Under the pieces are notes generated by a model. The model searched no databases. It saw nothing but the letters and a program-made list of their open reading frames with translations, and had not been told where the DNA came from. From Cystobasidiomycetes sp. EMM_F5 (taxonomy: Eukaryota), in the NCBI GenBank assembly GCA_051047955.1, contig JBPGPT010000002.1:620001-684000 (forward strand): a DNA stretch of 64,000 bases, given 5' to 3'. Positions 52,357-63,436 of the stretch are shown here, piece by piece. Numbering within the stretch: the stretch's first letter is position 1; every line of letters begins with the position of its first letter. Position numbers and translations under genes: made by a program.

Positions 52357-54831
52357 CTACACAAACATCTCCCACGGGCCTGTCCTGCTGCCAGCTTTTG
52401 CCAGCAAATCTGTCTGCTCGCCTTTGCAGCCAACGATAGGGCACGTCACCCACTTCGGGTCGACGACAGGCTCAGATGGTGTTGTAGCAGTAGCGCGACC
52501 TTTGCCTTTGTTCTTCTTTGCTGTTGTTGCCTGCTCTTCAGGAGCAGATACCATGGCGCTCTTCTTTGCACCTCGTGATTTCTTGATAGAGACTGGCTCT
52601 GTCGGCGCTGCAATGGTTTGCGAAGTCTGTTCTTCCTCGGGCGTGGGAGTAGGACGATACGCTTCGCCATCTCCTGTTCGTTTGCTTTCATCGTCGTCGC
52701 TCGAGCCTGCGAAAGCATCTGAATACGTTGCAGCGACATGCAGACGGGATGAAGTGCGAGTGCTCGAGCTTTTTGGAGCATCAGACGTCTTGGACTTCTT
52801 TCCTCTCCGACGGTCGGGAGCAGCAACGCCAGAGATGCCTCGCTTTCTTTTGCCTTTGGTTTTTGGGGCGTCCGGCAGCGGTGCTACCACTTCCTCAAAC
52901 TTCTCCTTGAAGGGCGTTCCTTGCCACCCATCATCGCCCTTTTCTGTCTCGCCAACCATATCTGGCACTTCGATATCGATCGGAGCATTGACCAATACAT
53001 TGGCTCTAGCCCTCGCACTGTCCAAACAAGTATGGCACACTATGTGAGCACACAGGAGAAGGTACGGCCTTCTGGCTGCAGACTGATGTAGGTAAAGTGG
53101 TTCCAGACAGGACGCGCAGACGGGTGCAGCGAAATGCCGAGTCCTTGGCGCGACAGGCAGGCTCGGATCGCTGCCCTGAAACAGTGACAGAGATGTAGAG
53201 TGTTCAACATTCTGCATTGTGTCGTTAGAAAACGTTGGGCCAGCCGAGTTCTCCGGGAGGGTCTGTGCGATGTCTAAGTGAGGGATAGCTTCATCAAGGA
53301 CGAGCTCCTCTGAGCTGGCGATAGCGGTGTCTCGTAGTGTCGACGTCATGCCCTGCTGACGAAGGGCGGCTGCATCGGCCATCTGCGCGCGACGATTTGC
53401 TTTCGATTGTGGTGACAGGGGTTTTGCAATGATATAGTTATCATCGAAATCATCTTCTTCGAAGACTTCGTCAGGCTCCTCACGTCCGATACTATGCTTG
53501 TCGTTGCCATTAGTGGACGGACTTCCGCCCTTAACCTGCCTCTCGACGTTCCAACGCTCGGTCCTCGTCGTCTGCTTTGGCGGAGCGTCTTTATTTTCGG
53601 ATGGTTTGTCGACGTTCGACGGTTGTTGATGCTCCTCTGCGTCTGCTTCTTGCTCTTCCTCGACTTCGGGTGGGGGTATAACATCCCTGCTAAAACCGAA
53701 TATCTTCTTTACGTAGTTTGGATGACTCTGTTTTACAGAATACTTCTTGGACCTTCTGCGCTTCTCATCGGCAGCTGAGACTACCGAGCCCGGATAGTAG
53801 TTGGCTCGTCCTGCCGTCCTATCTGGTCCAGGCCACGCCTGGGCAGCATTGTAATTTGCAGGGCCTCCCCAGAATCGATTCGACATTGCTGTAAAGAGGT
53901 CTGCCATCGTATAGTGGCTTCTAGCCCACCACGTATTGTTGTTGTTATTGGCTGGCCCACCATTGGTTTCTACATGTGCCAAGTCTAGATATGGACCGAC
54001 TGCCCTGACAGCCCCTCCTGGTCGAGCAGCCATGTCTTCGTCCGGATATTGGCCATCCCTGGATAGAGCGTCTCGCAGTAACTCATCATACAAGCCCGTG
54101 TTTCCTTCTGGTCTACGAGGCCTAGGCTGTGCGTTAGGTTGTGCATTGTAGCCAGAGTACCCAGGCGCATGCGCTGCTGTTCGCAAACGATTCTGATAGG
54201 AAAGAGACCGTCTCATCGCTGCGGCTTCACCCATCGGCCCTTGCGGAGTTGGGAGTGCCCCTCCATGACGTGCTTGATTGTTGGACCACACGAGCGGAGC
54301 TTCGTCATGGATAGTGAGACCGTCGTTTGCAGATGAGGATGTGGCTTGTAAGGCGCGATTAGAATGGCTGGATGACGCCCCAGCAGGATGACCGTTGCCA
54401 CTGGTATCGGATCCACCGGCGTCTCTCGAGAATATGTTTGCGCCGTCGCTCCTTCTGCCGAGGACATCGGCTGTTTGTGTATAAATGTAATTAGTTGAAC
54501 TCTTTCGATAAAACATTGTGAGCAACCCACCCATCCATCTTGCCGCGGCATCCCCATCGTCTCTGCTCGATACGGGCACCAGGCCAGTCTGCGGAAGCTG
54601 GAGGACCCTCGGCTCTTCTGTTCTCAGAAACACGATATCCTCCTCGTCGTCGGCGTCGAGGTCAATGGCGCTCGACGCGTTGTTGTTGCGCCCAGCTGCG
54701 TCGGTGACGATGTTTCGCTGGACTGGGAGGCGGTAGTTGAATAGCGACTCGACTGGCAGCTCGTACTGAGCTGACTGGGTGCTGTCTGGCTCATCGTGCG
54801 GTCCATCGTGGGTGAGGTCGATGACCTGCAT
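52357..54831 (-). CDS. SIM-containing RING protein (STUbL; Slx5/Slx8/Rfp-like)
   Basis: SIM-like VIDLT, AIDLD and EEDIVFL; C-terminal CASC..CAH..CHTC...CPIVGC. Confidence 0.75.
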   Translation of the reverse strand: MQVIDLTHDGPHDEPDSTQSAQYELPVESLFNYRLPVQRNIVTDAAGRNNNASSAIDLDADDEEDIVFLRTEEPRVLQLPQTGLVPVSSRDDGDAAARWMGGLLTMFYRKSSTNYIYTQTADVLGRRSDGANIFSRDAGGSDTSGNGHPAGASSSHSNRALQATSSSANDGLTIHDEAPLVWSNNQARHGGALPTPQGPMGEAAAMRRSLSYQNRLRTAAHAPGYSGYNAQPNAQPRPRRPEGNTGLYDELLRDALSRDGQYPDEDMAARPGGAVRAVGPYLDLAHVETNGGPANNNNNTWWARSHYTMADLFTAMSNRFWGGPANYNAAQAWPGPDRTAGRANYYPGSVVSAADEKRRRSKKYSVKQSHPNYVKKIFGFSRDVIPPPEVEEEQEADAEEHQQPSNVDKPSENKDAPPKQTTRTERWNVERQVKGGSPSTNGNDKHSIGREEPDEVFEEDDFDDNYIIAKPLSPQSKANRRAQMADAAALRQQGMTSTLRDTAIASSEELVLDEAIPHLDIAQTLPENSAGPTFSNDTMQNVEHSTSLSLFQGSDPSLPVAPRTRHFAAPVCASCLEPLYLHQSAARRPYLLLCAHIVCHTCLDSARARANVLVNAPIDIEVPDMVGETEKGDDGWQGTPFKEKFEEVVAPLPDAPKTKGKRKRGISGVAAPDRRRGKKSKTSDAPKSSSTRTSSRLHVAATYSDAFAGSSDDDESKRTGDGEAYRPTPTPEEEQTSQTIAAPTEPVSIKKSRGAKKSAMVSAPEEQATTAKKNKGKGRATATTPSEPVVDPKWVTCPIVGCKGEQTDLLAKAGSRTGPWEMFV

Positions 54832-57007
54832 GGCCCTGCTCGCCGTTTGCCACTCTGTCGGGTGTCGTCAAAAGGTCGCGAAATTTGGCGAAGTCGAGGT
54901 TGGCTCTGCTTTGCATACTTTGGCAAATTTCAAACAAGTCAATTACAAACCTGGTGAGTGGGTTTGATTATCAAACACCCCCAGCATCGCATTGCATTGC
55001 ACCGGCGGACTCGATGACAGCAACCAATTACTCTTTCCCCGTCGTATCCACACCTGCCGAGACGACAAAGAGGCGTACCCCGTCTGCCAGGTCTTCGATT
55101 TACCTCGAGCCTGGTGGCAGGTCGCATCATCGCGACTACGACATCTTCCGTAGCCGCAACGCTTGCCAGTGTTATCCTTTTGTCTGATCCGTCGTTGCAA
55201 TAGTGCAACTCGCAAAAACCCAGTTTCGATCATGCGAGAATTTCAACTGATTGATTCTTGTGAATAGGTATCTGTGACAGTATGATGTAGGCAGTGTGAG
55301 TACTATGGTCCTTTTCATGCTCCCTCCCTCCTTGTTATTTTGCCGACCGACGATGTAGACGGCTACCCGTGCCATAAATCCACTCGCAGTTTCCACAGAT
55401 TGGTCAATCCTACGCCTGGGATTTCTCACAGCTTCTGTTGACGCAGAACTTGAGGAGGCTTGATCTCTCGCTCGGGGTTCCGTTAAAACGAGCTCTGGGG
55501 CCGTGACAGCGAACCCTCCCTGGCTCACGCCTTGCGAGAGTCGCGGTAATGGGAGTAGAGCTTCGATTGACGATGGTTTGACGGGCGTCTGAGGTCTCTC
55601 TCTTACTCTCAGTTTGCACTCTGATGACTAGTCGCACAACTTGCTGACTTGCGTCTCTAGTTTGCAAAGTCTAAACAGGCGCGCTTTGGCCTTCTCCTTG
55701 CAGTCATGTACAATGCAATAGTGTGCGTGTCTTGTTGTATGCTTTGTGCAAGTACAAACATTCGTATGGCTTACTTGAGGGTCTGCTCTTGCCGTGTCAC
55801 ATACAGGAGTTGATGCATCTAAACATGTTGCGCTCAGACCCTCTCCGTACACACATGCATCCCGTACCCACTCCACACATTCAAACGATGAGACGATTAC
55901 CACTCAAATATTAATAGGAAGAGCCGTCTTACTCTGTTCCATGCTCCGTCTGATTTTCAATCAGCGAGAAGGTCTGACCGCCGTCCTTGCTCAAGGTCAG
56001 CAAGACGAGCGAACGTCGGGATTTGGATTCCGTATTCTGCATCCTTTAGCAGTAGCAAGTGATCTGAAGCTATGGCGGGTCCTACGGGAGGGTAGCCTGC
56101 GCTACATCGGGAAAACATACTGCTCGAGCGTTTGAGTCGTCGGCTCGTGCGATTACTATGCTTTTCGGTCTCATACTCCCTCATTCGCTATTCCAAACGT
56201 CACCGTCCATACGCATACGCTTTCGTCCATCCATCCCATCTTCTGCATGCTTGGATGCTGTGGCCAGCGTCGGCGCTTCGATTGATGGATTCGTCCGTCG
56301 TTTCGATGGAGGAAGGACGGCGAGGCTTGTTGGTGTCGAGTGGTAATGGTGTTAAGCTATATGCGCTCTGTCCCAGCAGGGCCTTCCCCTATCCTCTCGG
56401 AATTGGGCCCAGTGGGCTGGGTGTGTCGAATTGCGAGCGATCATGCGATGATTGACGGGCGAACGAGGTCGAGATATTGCAAGAGGGTGGAGGAAAGCCG
56501 AGCATGACCGAATCCGCCTGACGTTCGGTACTGGACTCGATGCGTGTGTCGGCTCATCTTCTCGGAGTTCTTGAAATAGAACAAGATTGCATGTATGCTG
56601 TTTGAAGATGGCAGGGGCAGAGTCTGCTCAGTCCTGTAGATGTACGCTTGCCTCGCTGGCTTTGCCGGCTCGGACGGACGGAAAGCCCTTTTCTGTGGGC
56701 ATGGAAACGGGAAGGACGATAAAACTGGTTTTCATTACGAAATTTATTAGCTGAACTCTGCACTCTCCGCTTCTTCAAAGCCGACGTCGCTCAGTATTGC
56801 CAAGGAGCCGCATGAAACTTTCACGGACGTAAGCTGATGTGGTTTCTGTTTCGATTGGACAGGATGCATTATATTCAGGTCATGCATGCAATTCGCTAGA
56901 GAGATCCTTGTAGCATAGTTCAAGATGTGATTTGAAAACAATAGAACAACGACATTACTGATTACTGAGTTTTCACATTGCTGTACACTGCTTGAGATGC
57001 CGATGCT

Positions 57008-58768
57008 TCAGACTCCCGCATGTTGGGCTTTCAGCTTTTCGTTTATGCGGCGCAACCGCTCGAATTTCGCTTTGTTGATCGGAAATTCGTATCCTGTCCC
57101 TCTACTCTGCGTTGTCGGCACCCACGCTCGCCAACTTGTCCAATCTGCTCCAAAAACTTCCCTGAAATTGCGCGTTGAAGTGCCCAAATCGTACATGTTG
57201 ATCTTCCCCGCTGTACGTTCCAAATCACGACGCTGTAATCGAGTCAGTGTGGACTGTAATGCGTTGTTGCTTGACTGGGTGGCGTTTGCGGTTTGGCTTC
57301 TGATTGAAGTTGCCGGCAGGAACGGATTGCTGTAGTTGATGCCTTGTGCACTAAGCCCTGGCTGCTCGCGGGCGACAGGTCCGTCAAGTAATCGGCCAGC
57401 GTCAGGCTTGGCCTGTTCCGGAAGACTCGCGCTTTGTGGATCGGATGTACCCGCAGATACGAGGCTTTCGATCCGCGGGGGCAAGGATAGCAAGCGACCA
57501 TTGCGTTCCATATTTTCGATTGTCGTCCTGTTATTCACCGCAAGGTATATATGGTATGGGAAAAAGCCAGACAGCATCATGGTGAACAAGAAGCCGAAAA
57601 GTACGAGGAAGCCCCACGCGACGGGAGCCAGACCGAGTAGCTAGTAGTATTTGCAACATCAGCTCGTGCTTGCCTCTGTTACCTTGACACGGACTGACTT
57701 CGATAGAGACATCCATCGTCTGTATCAGTCCCCATAAGCTTGAAGTCGCAGTGAACAGCGCCAGCAGATCAGCATAAAACAAAAACAGGACGAACGGCTT
57801 GTAGTTCTTGAATCCAACGCATCCGCCCAGCCATGGGCAGTGATGGTCCATCTTTAGGATACAGAAGCCGCAAGTTGAGCAATGATGGGCTCTGTCTGGC
57901 TTAGGTAATTTACATTTTCGACAGAATCTTGCTCGACCATTGGCTTTCGCCATCAGAGTAGTGCTAGTGTCTGCCATCGAGTGACCCGGCGCGCCTTCTT
58001 CTGATGATATGTTTTTGGATTTGCCGTTGAAAGTGCTAGGGAGAATGATTTCGATAGCAGGCCCGGCCTCGCCTGGACCCTCTTCTCCCAGGTCCGCCCT
58101 CTCAGTATCACTGTTGTACCCATCGTCACTGGAGGAAATGGCAGACCCATCACTGTTTGTGCGTTGAAGACGGTGGTGACCATCGAGCTGGGGCTCATCG
58201 GTCGAACTATCGCTCTTTTGACGCCTCTTCCGAGATTTGTGAGATTGTGGTTGTGAGCGTTTTGCAGACTCGCTTGAGGACGTCATCAGAGGAGCTTGCT
58301 CATCCGTATAGTCTGCTTCCCTTTCCATAGAGCCGGCCTCCGCATTGTACGCGCTTTCAAGGACCAAGATCTCTCCAACTGCTCCTGGACCGCGCCTGAC
58401 TGCGACAAGCAATGACCACACCGTCATGCCAAAGAGGAAGTGGAAGCATGTGATGAAGCATAATGATTTGCTCGTGGATCCTCGTAGGACGATTAGCCAG
58501 CGAATATTGAGCGAGATGACCTTTTCAAAGCATGGCCGTCAACCGGTGAGGTTGCGATGTGTTTCGATGTGAGCGCACGCAAGTCTACCGTCGTAATCCC
58601 TGGACGTACATATCCGTAGTATATCGCACAAAGCCCAGCTAGCAGGACATAGTACGGAAAGCGGACCAATAAACGCGGTCTAGGGATGTTTACGCCAGAC
58701 TTGCTGCCAGCATGACTGGCAACTGCTGCGCTGCTGCTAGGGCTGCTGTAGCGCGTCAGCAGCTTCAT
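57008..58768 (-). CDS. PFA3: DHHC palmitoyltransferase (Pfa3-like)
   Basis: [68 protein letters not shown]. Confidence 0.88.
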
Positions 58769-59072
58769 AAAGTAGCAGATTGGGCGCAGCTCAGTGGTAG
58801 TCGCATTTGGTCGAACTCTAGCAAACCTCTGTCTTTGTTGTCGAGCTCGAATGGATCGCGGCCGATGGAACGCGAGAATGCGCAACGTAGCCACTGCTGT
58901 TACTAAAGAGCAGTGATTAGAAGACGACAACGCTGGGGACTAGTACTAATATCGGGACTTGGTAGCCGAGATGATAGATGCCAGTGGCCTGTGATGCGGA
59001 AGGACGAAATATATCATCCAAGTCGAAGTCTGCTGGGCTAGATTGTGTTTGTGCTCCACTCTACTGGCGATG

Positions 59073-59465
59073 TCATTTAAATGGGCCTGGTCCATAGCAC
59101 GTACATTTTGGCGAATTATAGTGGTCAACCGCCGTTCTTGTGACGAGAGTTGCCATGTTCTGAGAACCTTGTCGTGAATACTGGGCGGCCGCATCAGAAG
59201 CCGCAGCGGCAGCGCTTTGGCGTTTCTGCCTAGCCGCCAGTCTTGTTGAAGGCGGCTTCGGCGTCAATATGGGCCTCGTGAAAACCTCCGATGTAGGTGC
59301 GTTACTTGCAACGTTACGACTCTGTGCAGTAAGCGAAGTGTTTATTGGTGCAGCCCTAGGCTGATGAGATCGGGACGGCAGGAATCCATAGCCAGATCCT
59401 GAGTTGCTTGGGCGTCGGCCGTTTAGAGCGGAGTTGCCCCATGTGCTGCTTTGGACATTCTGCAT
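59073..59465 (-). CDS. Orphan small protein with C-terminal HYNSPKCTCY
   Basis: ~130-aa ATG ORF sharing a motif with 60732..61268 at the duplication offset. Confidence 0.55.
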   Translation of the reverse strand: MQNVQSSTWGNSALNGRRPSNSGSGYGFLPSRSHQPRAAPINTSLTAQSRNVASNAPTSEVFTRPILTPKPPSTRLAARQKRQSAAAAASDAAAQYSRQGSQNMATLVTRTAVDHYNSPKCTCYGPGPFK

Positions 59466-60119
59466 CACACTTCGACTGTATTGAGAGTATATTCTGCGGA
59501 TGTAATCGTAGAATGGGTAAGGCGGAAACTGAAATCTTGTAACGAGGGATGAAAAAGTAAGATGGTAAATATTCGCAATGAAGAAAAGAAAGCGGGCTAC
59601 CGTTGAAAGTTTCAGAGAAGTAGTGCCAAGTGCACTGCCGCATAAAGTGCTGTACTACAGCAGTACCGCTTACCGTAAGCACAGCCATATTTCTCGCACC
59701 GCTGCAGAGCCTGTTATGCGGTGAGAATGCGGTACTCGTCACATACATCTTACATTCAAGAGATACAGTCGTATTTCTGAGCCATGTGCGGAGGCAAAGA
59801 CATTCTGGATGGATTTGGTGCGGAGTCGTCTCGTCCCGCGTACATGAGCCACCTTTACGGAGATCGAACGAAATTTTAAATTTCGACAGCTCATGGTGTG
59901 GCAGATTCTGCCAGTGTCGTCGTACTCGTGCCTGTCAAAAATACGATTAGTTGTCGGCAGACATCATTTTGCGCTTGACGTGGTGAAATGTGACAATTTC
60001 TTTGTGACAGCTGTGATCAGTTCTAAAATTCTGCGCATCTCACTGCAAGGCAGCTGCCAATAGGCTGCCCTCGAGCCAAGTGTGTTTGGAATGGTGGTGA
60101 CGCGTCTGATGCAGCTCAC

Positions 60120-60470
60120 TAAGTGAGGATATATGCATAAAATGGACATTAGCGAGAAGCATCCTGCAGTAGCCAGCGGAAGCCTCATTCAAGGCATTCA
60201 AGGCCTGTATAGACAAGCACAGGCGGGAGTCTGTAATCAACATGATCTCCTCACGCTTGCGTTCTCCGCAGAAGGTTTATGGACGTCCATGACATGATGA
60301 GTGCACGAGCTTCATAGTCTGGCGCAGATACCAGCGAAGCCGTCAAAATCACTTCCGACCCTGGACGAACACAAGCATTGCAGGAGTAGGCAACCGTAGC
60401 GCTGCTGCTAGGGCTGCTGTAGCGCTTCAGCAGCTTCATAAGTAGCAGATTGTGCGCAGCTCATTGGTAG
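60120..60470 (-). pseudogene. Decayed duplicate of the PFA3 5' end and leader
   Basis: 60389-60470 is nearly identical to 58718-58800 ([14 protein letters not shown] vs [14 protein letters not shown]). Patchy identity continues (CCCTGGACG, TAGCCAGCG) but the frame is broken. Confidence 0.65.
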
Positions 60471-60731
60471 ACCTATCTGGTCGGAGTTGAGCAGATCTGT
60501 GTTTGTGGGAAGGAAGTTAAATAGACTGCAGCCGGCGGAAATGGGACGCGACGCAGTAAATCACAAGGCCACGTAAAACAGACAGATTCAATCACGACAA
60601 CATAATCAGTGGGTGCACAGGAAGAGACGCTCTCAACCCCGGTTGCGGAGGGTATAGGTAATGAATGAGGGTGCGGAGAATTGTGAGATGTGAAGACTCA
60701 TCCATCGTTGCCGTGTTGACAAGAGCTAGCT

Positions 60732-61268
60732 TTAGCGCACTACTGGACAGGCAGGTCCACCTGAGGCAAAGCATAGGCATTGCGGATTATTGTAATGCTT
60801 TGCTTTGCGCAATTGTGCTTGTGCTTCCGGGCCACGTCCTTCTGCAGCGAACTTTTCGCCCTTTTCAAGATGTTTTAACGCAGTGACACGTCGGACGTAT
60901 TCGCCGTCTCGAGCAGTCGTTGCTACCGGTCTCGATAACAAAGACCCTCCAGCACCAGGTGGCGCGGATGATATTGATGGTCTCCTTTGCTGGCCGGACT
61001 TGGCACTGGAGGCGTTGCATCCCCTTGCGATGCTGTTGGGCATCTCGTCGGCAATGAGCGCGTACTGACGTACCATGGAATCACTAATGGGAGGCCATTC
61101 GGAGTCCGAGAGTGGAACACTGTACGTGGGAAAAATGTTGTACCTCTGTACATGGCCTTGGGAGCTACGCCTTGCCGTCGTAGCCACGGAGCTGCTGCCA
61201 GATGACTGCTGAGGGATAGCAGGTCCAAAAAATCCGAAGCTGTTACTGTATGGTTGATAAAATGCCAT
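60732..61268 (-). CDS. Orphan small protein with C-terminal HYNNPQCLCF
   Basis: 178-aa ORF with ACCATGG start context; motif shared with 59073..59465. Confidence 0.65.
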   Translation of the reverse strand: MAFYQPYSNSFGFFGPAIPQQSSGSSSVATTARRSSQGHVQRYNIFPTYSVPLSDSEWPPISDSMVRQYALIADEMPNSIARGCNASSAKSGQQRRPSISSAPPGAGGSLLSRPVATTARDGEYVRRVTALKHLEKGEKFAAEGRGPEAQAQLRKAKHYNNPQCLCFASGGPACPVVR

Positions 61269-61741
61269 GGTAGCGTTAAAGTCTACAGAGTGTTAGCGTT
61301 AGAGGATCGAGTTGGAATGCAGGTAGATTTGGCTCTACGAAGATCAAAAATCGGACAGTGAAGAGATGACAAACTGGGAACAGGGCTACAATGCACATCT
61401 GCTCTTGTGTCACGATCTGCTGAGAAATTGCGGTGTTGCACAATGGCACTGCAGAAGCGAAAGCGTTGCACTGCGCATCTGAGACTGAAAGGGTCGGAGC
61501 TGTAATCATCCTTTTGGGGTGTCTTATTCAGTAAATCGACACCGCTCAGTGCGCTGCCCACCTCCATGCGGTGCCAGGCGGGGAGAGGTGTTTCGGGAGG
61601 TTGCCATGAAGCGGGCCTATGAAGCGCACTGGAAGATGTAGGATAGGTTAATCGAAGCCGCTTAATTTGATCTGTTCGATAGGCGTGTAGCGGACTGTCT
61701 TCGTCGTAATCTGTGGCTCGGCTTTCACCACATCGACAACA

Positions 61742-63232
61742 ATGACTGCAGTGCCAGCTGCGCCCAGTGGGCTGCTCAATGGGTCATCGAATGGCATTAC
61801 TGAAGGTCTGCATTATGTTGGAGCCATCAGCTGCCAGGATGCTGACTTGTCCGGTTGTCGTCAGATGAAGCCGCACTCTACGACCGTCAGATACGACTAT
61901 GGGGTGTCGAAGCTCAGAATCGGCGAGCATGATGCCAGCATTTGAAATGTTATATTCAAGACTTACAATGGCATCCTTTCCAGAATGCGCTCCGCCTCAG
62001 TCCTCGTCGTCACTTTACGCGGTATCGCTACCGAAGTCTGCAAAAACACAGTCCTTGCTGGCATTGGCAAGCTGACCATACTGGACGACGCTGACGTGTG
62101 CGAAGAAGATCTGGGCTGTGGCTTCTTCTTTCGCGAAGAGGATGTCGGCTCAAAAGTACGTATTTGGTCGTAAACAGCTAGCCAGGTGCCAACTCGACTT
62201 GGACAAATGAGCTGACGGCGTCTTCTATGGTAGCGTGTTGTCTCTGCGCGGCCTCGAATAAACGCTCTCAACCCCAGAGTACATATAGAAAGCCAAAGCG
62301 ACATGCAGCTTTTGGACAACGAAGAATCCCTAGCCCAATTCGACCTGGTTCTCCTCACCGACTCTGACCGAGACACTGTGGTATGCTCACGGTGTAGTCT
62401 TTCGAGCCGGGTCTGAGCTGATCAAACGTTACAAGGTGCGCGTTAACGACTTGTGTCGGAAACGTAATGTCAAGTTTTACGCGAGTAGCAGCTACGGCTT
62501 GCATGGGTACATTTTCGCCGACCTCCTTTCCCACGAATGGATCATGTGAGTCTCTGCCTCGGCCTGCGAGTAGCACGTCTGGCTGAAATAGTATTGCTGC
62601 CAATCATGGCCAGTGAACAAACACAGAAAGCGCCAGATCATAGATCAGCAGAAACATCCTCTTCCGCCGAAGCCATCAAAGTCAGTATCAAGAAAAACCA
62701 ATCCTACGTTCCTTTTTCTCGAGCGCTGCAACACACTTGGGCCGGTACAGGCTCTCGAAAGCTGAAGAAGCTTACGCCGGTTGTTTATGCTATATTGGGT
62801 GAGTGACCGCTGTCCGATGTTTACAAATAGGGTAAAATGCTGATGGTTCTAATTAGTCGTATGGGAATATCAATCTCGCAATTCGGGAGCCCTACCAAGC
62901 GAGGAGGATCGTGCCTCAATTCTGCGGTCAATAGCCAATGAAGTCTTGCCCAAGCATGGACTGGATCCGAAATTGCTACCACAAGACCTTCTGCAGTTGG
63001 TCGGTTGTTAGAGCACAACGGATGGAATAGCTGATACGGTATATCGTTCAGACAATTCGCTTTAACGGCCTCAATGGAGTTTATGCCGGTTTGCGCAATC
63101 ATTGGCGGACTACTCGGCCAAGACGCACTGAATACACTCGGCGGCCGAGAAGCTCCCATAACGAATCTCTTCACTTTTGACGGCAGTACAAGTGCAGGAG
63201 ATTTCCATCGATTGTCAATCGATGCGGAATAG
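61742..63232 (+). CDS. AOS1: SUMO E1 subunit Aos1/SAE1
   Basis: ITEDEAALYDRQIRLWGVEAQNRMRSASVL..GIATEVCKNTVLAGIG..EFMPVCAIIGGLLGQDALNTL..NLFTFDG. Confidence 0.93.
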
Positions 63233-63436
63233 TGGAGGTGGACATATAAACCAGTTCGACCGAACAAGAATACTTTGACCAGTCGAGGCAGAGAGAATAT
63301 TGCCATAACAAGCGTGTCAACAACAGGACTGCCAGACATCAAAAGCTAAAGCTAAACTGCGGGTATAGTCAATACCAGACACTACTGACGAAGACTAGCT
63401 TCGCGAGAGACCATTCTTTGGGGGGAGGAAGGCAAA

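Noticed and set aside
1042..63232. Apparent ubiquitin/SUMO cluster (F-box, NEDD8, STUbL, AOS1)
   Set aside because: Spread over 60 kb among unrelated housekeeping genes, with no evidence of co-regulation.
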